Shown here one piece after another: positions 11,301-23,300 of a stretch of DNA of 64,000 nucleotides. The notes under the pieces are model-generated. The model was not told where the DNA came from. It did no database searches and was given only the letters and a program-made list of their open reading frames with translations. Source of the DNA: Iphione sp. A-MEVVRFRX5 (Eukaryota); assembly GCA_976226885.1 (NCBI GenBank), contig OZ320316.1, positions 81,964,001-82,028,000 of the forward strand, in the 5' to 3' direction. Each line of letters begins with the position of its first letter. The first letter of the stretch is position 1. The position numbers and the translations under genes were made by a program.

Positions 11301-14300
11301 TTCTGAATATCACTTGACGCGCCAAAAACAATATACATATATGTATTTCTCACATGAACGTATTGCATAGCAATGTCTTGAATAAGTTGTTGAAAGAAAT
11401 AAACATGTTAATCGTATCGTGCACGTGAAAAATATTTTTAAATATTGTGTTAATACTATTTGAATTACCATTCCTTGTACACATTTTATTTCAGCTCTTA
11501 ACCTTTTAGGTGATCCAGTAATGAATTATATTTTCTTCATGGTGTTTTTCCCAGTCCCTACTTTCATAATAGATTGTCTTGTCATTTGCAGTTGAGAGAA
11601 TATTATGTCCCTTTTCAACATTCAATCCAGATTAGGTGTCATGTACTGGTCTTCTGTTAACGATCATGGCCATCAGCTGCCGAGAACGTTCCTTGCAATA
11701 CGGTCACATAGATTACAGTCCTATGTGTTTAATGATTAATTTATCTTGCAGTTATCAAGAGAAAGATGCTCATGTATGGATTTGCATTTCCAGGTTTCTA
11801 CAGAGACTGGTCATTGTCAGTGCACATAGTTAGCTAAAAGGTGTTTTCGTTTCTCACCGTGAAGCATGCTGCAGTATCTCATTGTCCCTAGTCCTGCTTT
11901 CTTTTTATTTGTCCCTCGTAAAGGATTTCTGTAATGTGTTTGAATATTGTTTATTGGTTGTGCTGTTTGTGGCTAACGGCATGCTGTTTGGTATCTCCAT
12001 ATATATATACATGTAACTTCTATTCACGCTTTCGTCATCTTATCATCCAGAGTTCGGTGTAAATCATTATATTCTAGCCCTTCCTTATATCCACCCAAAA
12101 ATAGTTCCGTTGGTAGATAATCAAGGAAGCCCCCCACCCCACAAATAGGATATTACCCAAAGCTTTGAGACCAATGTTGGCCCGGCAGAAGTGTTTTAGG
12201 CCTTCCACACAGCCCTGTCAGATCAAACACATAGCCATGCCAACTGCGCAGTGAAGAGCTTTTGCCATGGCCCGTACTCGGCATGATGCAAGTCAGTAAT
12301 CGGCGGCTGATGAATCCCGCTGTTTGTCCGCAGACCGACAGTGATGTCATCCAGCGCCATCTGGAGGAGCTTGAGAATCGCATCAGTGAACAGGTCGCTG
12401 AGCACGAGCGCCTCCTGCGCGAGCTTGAGTCAGTCCGCGAGAACTTCCAAAGCCAAATTTTCAAGGTCTCTACGAAAAGTGAGTTATGCCTACTTTTCCT
12501 CTACCATACCATTCCACGTGACAATTTTTCTGTTTTGTGCTGTTTTGTTTTTTAAGTGTAATGTTTTGTAAACATGGGCATTAAAGCGGTCACGAGGTGA
12601 GTACTTCTGAAATGGAATGCATGATCAGATTCATGCTAGTACGTAACTGAAATAGTACGGCAAGTTACGTGTTTCTCGCTCCCGTCAGAACAGGTGAGTG
12701 TTCGGAATGCCGTTGTATCACACCATTTTACTATTTCAAGTCAGTTTTGCTTACGTTGTCATGATGACACTGAGGCATGTCAACCCCGTCTTGATGGTTT
12801 TGTTATGCTAGTTCCAAGCGTTTTTGTTATGTTGCTGACGTGTTGTCGGTCCTGCTCCCTGCATTATCACTGCCATGAAAAAAATGCCTTGCTAGCAGTT
12901 CACAGTGGCGGTGTTTAGGAAAATGAAGCCACACGTTTCAGCATTTTCTTCTTTGCCAGGCATTTCAAACGGATTGCCAAAGTGTTATGAGATCGATTGG
13001 CCGCTGCAAATCACAGCCCCACTGTTGCCAGCTTTTATCACATGCAAAACTGCCGCCGGTGCTATTTCAGATTGAATGCATTTTGCTTCCCAGTAGGGAT
13101 GAGAGCCTGACACCTGGAACATTGAATGCGGGATTCACAGCGAGCGCATCGGAACATGGAGATGTATGGCACTTAAGCATGCTGTTTGGTTGTGAGTTGA
13201 ATTCAGCGTCAGCTGGTGCGTGTTGCTGACGATGTTTCCTCTCTGTCATCCTGTCAATGCAGCCACGGGCCCTGAACGGGGGAGATCTCCAGACTCAGCT
13301 TAACTATCTCGAGGAGAGTATACGGCAGCAGATCATTGCCAACGAGCATCTGCTCACTGACCTACAAACTTATAGGAAGCTGCTGCTTCGTGAGTAACTC
13401 CCAACCCTTATTGGTAGTACGTGTTGTTGTTCGGTGAGTTTGGACTCAAGTCGTGAGTGATGTCCGCCCCCCTCCCACTCCATCTCCGTTTCAATTGATC
13501 TTGTTTCAGCCAGCTTTCTTTCTCATTCAAGTATGTTCCACCAAATGTTAGTAGTCGTGTTTCGTCTTGTGAGATCTTGTTGAAAGGTGATGACTCGATT
13601 TACTGTGCGTTTTTTTGTTCTGTAGCATGAGTCGTATCTGTTAGACAGCTTACACAATATAATTATACATTTATCTTTAATTAAAACTTCTTCAGATTAC
13701 CTTGGCCTTTGCCGCAGATTGTATCCCTCCCATGCAAGTGTTTTCCCACGAATACCTTCCACCTTGAGCAGTTCTAAATAGATGTACGTGTAAATAAATG
13801 TAGGTTATCTAAAAAGTCTTTCTTCTCTTCAGTAGATGTCTGTAATAGAGATTAGTGTTCTATGGTTTTAAATTGCGGCTTATTGTAGACATCAGCACCC
13901 GTCCTGCGGCCCCAGCCCAATCGGCAGCTTGCATGCTACTGCCCGCTAATCTAGTCTTCCTCGCGCCATCTTTCTCAGGCGGCCGTCTCGGCTTACAAAT
14001 ACATCGCGCCGCGTCCTGACGGCGTCCTTTTTAACACTGGACGCCGCCACTTTAGGGCGAGTGTTGATGGCAGCAGCCTCCATTAAACGTCGACCAATCA
14101 GCGGTGCAACTTTTGCTGGGTGGGGCCATGACAGATGAGTGCAGCTCCTGCCTGCTCAAATAATTACAGTCTGTCGTGCCCGGTGCTGATTGATTCATTC
14201 CTCTCGTTTGCCAAAAGTCGCTCGTCAAAAGTTTGTGAAGCATATTTTTTTTATTTTATTCTCTCGGACTCTCCTGTCCCTCGCTAAACCTTGGGCATCG

Positions 14301-17300
14301 ACAGACAGGTTGTGGTGGGAGCGTTACCCCTCTGTTGAAGCCGCGTGCAAGCTTTGATTAACAGAACATGAAGAGGTTATTCCTTTTTGCTTTAGTCCCA
14401 GGGTGAACACAGCTAATAGGTTACCGGTTAGCTTACTGACCCTCGGAAAAGGCACTTGACGGGAATCCAGAGGCCAGTCCCCGTTGGGAGATGGCGTTTA
14501 GAGTAGTAGTTGTCCTGGATGACATGGTACGGGTACCTTATATGTTTATGTCACATCAAACAATTACCCTACATTTTTGTCGTCACAATGTCATGATCTA
14601 AGGAGAACATTCATCGAAGCTTGTGGCCGTATGAAAGGTATGTGGACACAAGTCTTTAGGTCTAATCAAACTAGTGCCTCAAACAACCTTTACATTGTCG
14701 TTAAATTCTTTTATCAGATAAAGAGCTTTTGTGTACATTAATTTAGATAGTTTTCCTCATTTCAAAAAACCAGTATTAATTTTAATTTATCTGATTTTGT
14801 CTTGATTTCGTTGCCTATCTATCGATTATATATGTTAAGTCTCTTTTTTCAATCCCATCGCTTTCTACTTTAGCTGGGTATTCCATCAGATCACACACTA
14901 AAGCGCTGTTCGCGGTTAATCTGTGACCAGTCATGAGCTAATATCTACTCAGGAAAGGCGAAATACGGTCGCCTGTGTACACAGACACACAACCGGGTCA
15001 AAGTTCTACCATCCATCCATCCATCTATCTTGTGAATGGCCATTCAGTTCCAATTATCATGTGATGGTCATACGTCTGTATGGCACACCTCCCTTATTGT
15101 TACCATGATAAAAGACGCGTAGCGTGCATCCAGCCTTGTGGATGCTGGAAGTATTAGCTACTACAGTCCTTGCCATTTCTCAATATCCGTTGGTCGGATG
15201 CTCGGGCAGAAGAGGCCTATTAAATAAATGATAATTGACGACCGCCTTTTCAAAGGAGGCGTCCAGCCACATGTAATGTAGTTTGCGTATATAAAGAATT
15301 GGGTTATCCCCAGGGAAGGAATAGGTTCCTGGCAGCTCTATTGTCGTATTCCCGTCCGTACTTCACAGTGGGGTAATTAAGAAGTTGCATGCGTCCCTCT
15401 AGCGGAACCAGTGAACCACCTTTTTATGTTTGACTGCACAAAAGAGGGACTGCATTAATCTATCATAAAGCCATGGTAAAGATGATGTGCAAAAGTAACA
15501 AAATATTTTCCACGCAGTGTGGATTTGATACGATTATGGAAAGAAAATTCAATTTAAAAGCGATAGAAAAACACGCGTCTCTTATAGGCTTTCTCGGATG
15601 CTGATTGAAATACAGTTGTTTTACCTTACCGTAGCCAACTGTTCGCTTGAGGAAAAACTCATGTAATCAATAGTAGCATTTCTTACAGGCAATGTGGTAT
15701 TTCTTATGTGTGATTGAATGTTCGTGTGGTCCTATAGCCATATGATTTCCTGAACAAAACATGTCTGTCCGTTCCCTTTTTGCCATTGCTACTTTCCTAG
15801 AGACGTATTCGGGCCTTTGAAGAATAATTACACATTTGATACTAAAACGTGATGACAGAATTCAACGGAGAAAGCAAGCAAAAATCCCAATAGGCAAAGT
15901 TAATGATTGTGGACGACAAGAAAGCTTACGGGCTCTCTTTGTACGCCCTTTTCCCATCATGCGGAGACTCTTTTGTCGAGACGGTGGAATCTTTGTCGCA
16001 GCGCACCGTGTCCTGGTCTTTGAAATCACTCTTCCGGCTGCGGCATTATTCAAGTCAGCCGCCGCCGCCGCAGTGGCTTCGTTCTGCGGCGGTTCACTTT
16101 GAAGCCTCATGGCTTCACCTTTCCCATCACTGTTGTCATTGCTGACGGCGTCCCCGGGACATTGCACAAACCCGAGTTCAAAGTGGCCAGAAGCCCCGCG
16201 CTGTCTGAGCGCCTGGCGTTGGGGGGAAGGGGGGGGGGCTACTTTCCTTTTTCGGCGGTGGCGGGCTTGGTGGGCCTACCTCTTGGGCGCTTGCTTCAGC
16301 TCATTTTGTCTTCCGGTATGCGCATACGGCAGCAGAGACCATCAACATCAAAGGCGACACAGCTAGATGGCTGGATGTTTGGGTTGTTTTTTGTTGTTGT
16401 TCTCACTCAAGACGTGATGGGCATTTGAGCAAATCCTAGAAGAGTTTGAATGCTCTAACATATGGTACCCTCCTTTCCCTCGTGCTGATACCGCCGTGCA
16501 TTTTTTTATGTACTCAAAGCAGCTCTGTGACAGTTTTTGGACATACCACGTTCAGGTACACTTTTCAGCTTCGTGACTGTCCCTTCCAGGCATACATGAA
16601 ACTAATTGAGAACTCGGCATTGCATGGTAACATTTATTGCTTAGCGGGCGTACAATAAGGAAAACCCGGCGCCAGCAAACGCCGTTCACACGAGAATGCT
16701 ATTTATCCCTATCCCATATCATGCTGTCAAGGACATTCGTTATGCTTAACTATATATATATGATACCAGTGAGTGTCAAAGGCTGAGGTCTGAATGAGTT
16801 ACCCTTTGCCTGAGATATGTTACGGCCTGCTGATAGATACGGTTTACACCCGACTTGCTGGCTTAGTGCTGGAAGGTGTCAATGTGACGGATCGCCTTCG
16901 GTTGAGTTTCCGCCATCCGATCAGACGGCACCGCGGAATTCTTTTGTAGTGTTCAAGGTGACGCGCTTCTTACCGAGCTGACGACCGCTCCGCCACGGCG
17001 GCTCCCTCTGATCAACGCCGTGCATCGCTCCTTTCATCTCCCTGTGAAGATCTATTAAGCTTCTGCCTACACGCCACTCAGCATATCCAACCAATCGCTC
17101 CGCCTCCGCGGCTGCCGTCTCCCGCGGCCCTTTCATGTACGTGGTGGCCCGCTGTGAGTTGCTCGAGTGATGTGTCCTACTGTCTCTGAATAATTTCCAT
17201 GTGGGGTTGCCCTCCCCTACACTCATCACCTCACCTTTCATTCGTCTGCGATAGAAGTTGCGACCAACACTCCAAAGATGCTGTTTGCCATAACCCTCCT

Positions 17301-20300
17301 TCAAAAGCGAATAGTTGAATGCAGGACATTGTTGTTCATTTGTATGATTTCTTAGCGCAGTGTCCTCAGGGATGGAGTTCTACACTACAGCCACCAGCCT
17401 GCTTTCACAAACCCACGTCTATTTTCAAATGAAATCAGGAGTGTTGTCTGGGCCAGTCGTTTTTATCAGCCTGATTAACAAAGCACTCGGTGTCATTAGG
17501 ACTTTCCCTGAAATGAAAGGAAAAGAAAGGCTTAATACCAATTGACTAAATTCATAATGCGGCAATTTCTTGTCTTCGTGTTTCCTGCAATCAACGACGA
17601 TAGTTTGTTCAAATCTGCAATTTTTCTTCGGCGAAAATAAAACCTTTTATTTTGCTGGAAATTTCAACTGTATTTTTAGTGTACTGAGCTCCTTTACTGA
17701 AAGGATAATAATGAAGGATAAATGCGTTAATGTCTAGCATAACTAATCTCACAGATGGCTATAAAGATCAAATTATATGGATAATAGTATTTTGAATCAT
17801 AAGTATTTATATATCCGCTCTTTAAAATTGTTCCAATACATTCAGACTTAAGACCATATTTGTTGAGTGCTCATACTTTTTCTGAGCCGTGTATACCAAA
17901 GTGGAAAACTTTACGTTCGATATACACTGCATACCCTCAGAGTCCATTTGTGCTATACTTCCCGCCATAATGTAGCCTAGGCATGATATATTTAATAGAG
18001 GTGATGTCGGGTGTGATGTTGTCTTCATTTATCAGGTCTTTGGATTGTGTAGAATACCATCCCGTGCTGGCCTGCCTCCTCTTCCCTTCGCCAGCGCCCT
18101 TCCGCCAATTACACAGCAGAAACTTCAATGGCCGCTGGAGTGCCGCGCCAAGCACCAACAGCAATCTACCAAGGGGAAACTTAAGGAGGCGAGATCCGCG
18201 CGCTGGCTTCCAGCTAAGAAAATCGCAGCTAACATAGTTTGCTGTGCTAAGGCTGCCTTGCGTTTGTGTCTCCTGAGAGAGGAGGAATGGCTCGGCGTAG
18301 AGTGGGAACGGCCTTTACTTAAATCTGTTGTGTCGAGTTTTACAAAAGCAAGACATGCATACTGCGGTCAGACAAAGCCGCTTCCTAACGGCTTTCATTT
18401 GCATTCGAATCACTGTGTACCAAGCACAGCATCAGCTTCATCAGCATGGCCTCCAGTCATTACCTAATTGCTGATGAATGGTTGTAGAATATTTTACAGA
18501 AGACGTATATGTTATTTTAACGTATTTACTTTTGGAGGAAATGCCACCACACCCTCTTCTAAAAGAACATGCATTCTAATGCCTCGTTCTGCCGGTAGTC
18601 CATGTACCATGAGAGCCTTTTTAATAGTATAGCCAAGTCTTTGGTCGATCCGTTGGAGCGCAGTTTTGTGATGGTGCCCTCCGCTTCCCAGGTCGATGCA
18701 CAGATGATGTCTTGCCTGTTTGACATTCAAGCTACCTCGATAGAAATTGCTGTGAGCATGCAAAGCATAAATGGCGGGTTTCTTTTTCAGATGGCAAAGA
18801 ATAGTCGGTTCCCAGTGTAGACGTACGTGTCTCTCTACCTGTACTTGTTCGTCTCTCCGAGGAGAAAGAAGGCCCAGGCTTTAATTCGCGTGCGGCATAG
18901 TTTCTTGCCATCTATCCCCCGACCTCGCCCAGTCATGACGCACATATTCATTACCCCCAATGGCATCACGGGAATAAGCATATTCAGTGACCAATCAGCA
19001 TTTCACCTCAGTGGTCGTCGCGACTTCGCCCGAATATTACCGGTTCATGCATTTTCGGCAGTAATATGCTTTAATGGATTTTGTTATCACACGGACACAT
19101 GCCAGCGCGTGTACAATTTATCCTTTTATGGCCATGGCGTGAGAGCGATTCGGAGCTCTGCCCGCCTGATAAGGCCTGTCACCTCACAACTGCACAGTCT
19201 GAAAGCCTCCAGTTAAGCAAAGCCGACGAAAGACGCTTAGGAGGAGGTTTATAACTTTATTGAAACTGTAGTCAGTCCCCCTCCCCTTTCATCTAAATGA
19301 CTCAACAGCTATGGCGCCACGCCCCGAATGTGAACTAGCTTCCGCCGAAAGCTGTCGGTTTTGCTCAACCAGCAGCGAAATGCACACGAGAACAAACAGA
19401 TTGGAAGTTTCTGCTTTAAGTGAGAGCGACTGGCGCGTCCAAAGTCATGATACGATGTCTGCAGCAGTTGTCATGCAAAGGATTTCTCAGAAGTCGTCTG
19501 ACAACGGCCCGTCACATACCTAGTTATGGTCGACTGAAAGGGTCGATAGTATTAGGTGCCACTGCTACCTGCTCTGCCTGTTTTGCTTTGCCTTTCAGTA
19601 TCGAATTACCCGAATACATTCATGTTTTATCAGTACGTTGCAAATAATTCATAGCTATATCACTGCCGAGTCCATGAATTAGCTGTAGAAATTTCTTCTG
19701 AATTGCAAAGTATTTGCAAACAGATGTTCAGTGCTCTGTTATGCAACATAATTGGATGCCATGCCGGGAGTTTGCAATAGTCTGCTTGTGTTAGGTTTTC
19801 GCAGGGAATTGTTCTCTGTAGTGCTGTGAACATTCAGGGATAAGAATGTAAAGAGAACTAGACGACAGTCTGAGTATGTGTGTATGCATATCGATGGTTG
19901 GGAACCATATTGCACAAGGCTGAGTGTTACTGTACTAGTTTGGTTTTTATTCTGGTTTAACACGATAGGTATTTGAAATGATAATCAACCTTACTGGAAA
20001 TGTCGTTTAGCCTGCATAAGTTGCCATCTTGGATTTCTAGTTTCTCATGCATCATAAATTCTAATGAATATTTTAAAAGTAATTGGTCTGTGCAGTGCTT
20101 CTAAATCATGTCAGAACAGGCGTACAATAAATGCGTATTCGCTGTAGGCAAAGAAGTACAAAGGTTATCTGGGTAATGGGTATAAATGGCATATGTCAAA
20201 TACAAAACAGGGAACTGCTGATTAGTGTGGATTATCTTGAAATATTTCCCGCTTCCTAATGACAGATGAAGAGGAACCAGAGCGGCCTTTCGGGTCCGTA

Positions 20301-23300
20301 TTTCCCCTTGTATGACATTCACGCCCAAGGGGTTCAGACGAAGACTTCGTGCAAGCTTCTTTCCATTACTGATATTAAATTTCAGTGCGAATAGCAACCG
20401 TAATCTCTTTGCGTTTTGTTGGCCGGGCTTCTTTGTTTATGGGTGGTGTCTGATAGCGAACACGAGGCACCGCACTGCATTAGATTCGAACATGGAGCAT
20501 CGCTCCCGCACCACTCGTTCCACTGAATCTCTCCCCATTCATTTGTCAATTTTTGTCAAAGGCGTCAATATCATTCGTCTTGCTCGGTGGAGGATAAGTG
20601 CAGGAAATTGCATTGCTAGACATGTCTTGATCACTTGCAATTACGCGATGCCTTCTGGTAATCAGTCAGATTCTTTGGGGAATCCTGCCTAAATAGTCCC
20701 TTTCACATAGCAATCTAGCACCCACTAGTGATGACCTATGTGGTGATCTTCAGATGCCTTCATTCACACATTTGTGCGGATTTTGAAATGAAACGATTAC
20801 ATTTTACCCGGAGCAAAGAAAACCTCTGTCTGTGACGACGTTTGATCAGGTAATTAGAATAGACTGAAACAAAGGTGAATGACACCAATTCCAAAACGGT
20901 TACGTCTGCGCGCAGGCAGTAAGTATAGGAATTCGATACGGCGTGTACAATGCAGAAAATTAAGGGAATGAATTGCCAAGAAAAGTTTATTCCGTTTCCC
21001 ACATTGCACTCGATCGCAGGCGGTTGCTCGGGAGATGTTCTTTCTCTTGTGCGCAGATGAAAGCAAATATCCGATTAGCTCTGTGCTTTGTTAATAATTT
21101 CAAGCAGATGAGTTGTTTTGTTTATGAAAAGCTTCCCTCCATGGGAACATATCCAGGTGGCGCGGATACACCTTGAAGGGCAGCATGTACACTCAGGAGA
21201 CACGGCCGTGAGCGCTGCACACAAATTTTCTCTCCTCGGTGAGGTTTCTATGTGCCCATGGTTTACTATAAGGTATCACTGTAACCTCATCGGCTGATTG
21301 CATGTTACGGCTTCACATGAAGAGCAACTGTCACAGGACCTGAACGAAATGTTGTCGGTGGTGGTGGCTGGTTGGTTTCAGGAGGCAGGGGGACCTCCAG
21401 GGAAAACCGGGCCTAACCCTTTCCACCCCGAGCCGTCTGTCCCTTTTCACTGGAGGTAACCAGGTTGCTGAGGCCCCTCCAACTGCCTGTGCGGGAGCAT
21501 GCTTCGGGATGAATGAGTCAATAAGGCGGCCGCCCTCTCAGGAGAGGAAAAAGGATGGCGCCCGTGCCTGACGTCACCCATTACTTCCAGCAGGGTATGA
21601 AAACGCACTGCCCACCACCTCATCACCCATTAAATCAGGTTTTATCAGTGGAATTATAACAGCCGGTCGTCTTTTTTAAAGAGAGAGCAGGCAGAGGCTG
21701 CACAGATGTAGAAATCCTCTTTTTTGCTCTCTGACACCTCCACAATCGTACATACACGACAAAAACTTGAACGAATGCCACCTAAAAAGGCAAGGGGTTG
21801 TCGTGGATTTGCTTCATGACACATGCTTGAATTACAGTGTGAAAATGATAGGAAACCCTCCAAGATCCGGTTAATTTCTTTTTTGTCTATATTATTCATG
21901 AAACGTGTGCAAAATTAAAGATAAAACGGTTCAAAGTAATCCTTTCACTGTGGAAATCAGAGATAGTGCGTCTAGGGGGAGCTCACTTACTCTTGATTTT
22001 CTTCTTGTTTTCTACATTTTTAACAGTAAAATTCTTTGTAAAGAAACGTGTTTCTCTGGGTCGTTACAAAAGAAATGGCACATGGAATTCTTGTGTTTGT
22101 GTCCTAGAAAGGATCGTGCTTTTTTGTGATCCTATCACGTCCCCAACGGAACTACTGCCATGGATTTATTTTCAAAGCGCGTGAAAAGAGTGCTTTGAAG
22201 GTGAAACTGGCGTACAGTTTCTTGCCTGTTGGATTCTCATTACCTACCTGTACAGTACTGTTCTTGTAAGGACTTAGGATGGGACGGCAAAAAAGGTCAT
22301 AAAGCTCGTTTTTACACATCGCTCCGGCACAAAGGTCTTACGTTGTAGCGGCGTTAAGTGAAGCAAGCTCGCAACCTTTCCCGTCCGTAAAAATATGACA
22401 GGCATCCTAGAGTGAAGTATCTTTGTATCGAACTAAAATACATGTCCGCCATGACCGTCGTTCTGTTGAAAAGGAGCAGCGTCACTTCGCTGAAGAGAAT
22501 AATGATAGAGACGTTGAAAGAAAATATTGAATTACAACCACCTTAGTTGCTGTTAAGTTAGAAAGAAGCCTCTCCTCGCCAGCATCAGATCAATGTTAAT
22601 TAATATGGAGAAAACATATACATGTACGTTATTGTGTGTAGTATTTCATGAAAGATAAGGTATGGAAGGCAGTGTTATATTTCGTCACTGACATGTGCCG
22701 GCAGAAATTTAACTTAAAGCCAACGAAATTCACAGACGTTTTGTAGATTGGTACGGATGACGTTGCTAACGTTCTCCGTAAAATACGTCGCAATGACTAA
22801 TGATTAGAGCTCCATTCCTTTTTTTAGTATGATATTTCCTTGTGGAAAATAACTTGAATAAGGAAGTGCTATCAATTCACATTCAATTCATAACAGTAGG
22901 AACATGAATTTACTATCAAAATTATCGAACGTTTTGATAAAGACCATTCCCTTGCGTCTCGTCTCAAGTATCCGGCGTTCTGGCACATACCGACAATCAT
23001 CATACGTCATTGGTTTGAAGTTGTGTGAAATTCATGCCGCTGACCTCTTACATATCCGGCATTTTAAGAATGAATTATGTATTTCTATGTTGCCAAGCCT
23101 TCAGACATATGTGACAACAGGGGTCCTCTTATTCAGTGCTTAGGGCGTTTACCTTGTGAGCCCCATTTATTAATGCTGCCCTGTAAAGGTGCGCCATATC
23201 ATAATACGTGTAGTGAGCACATGTACATGTACATGCTGGTAGGATTCAGCTTTGCTTTTCAATGAATTGTTTTGAATGAATGTCCGTTTAATGATAGCGA

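Noticed and set aside
11890-12015. Hydrophobic frame ([20 protein letters not shown]) as the MGAT1 TM exon
   Set aside because: No in-frame ATG, donor phase incompatible with the stem exons, and it lies downstream of the micro-exon. It is T-rich intron sequence.
16569-16626. Another phase 0 to 1 candidate exon ([19 protein letters not shown])
   Set aside because: No similarity to exons A or B, no heptad pattern and a weak gtaaca donor. It would need RNA evidence.
16921-17304. 127-aa minus ORF, and an [13 protein letters not shown]-like motif in another frame
   Set aside because: No other endonuclease or RT motifs in register; unassignable.
20101-20397. [10 protein letters not shown] resembling a Death domain helix
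   Set aside because: Only about 10 residues match, with no splice context or remaining helices.
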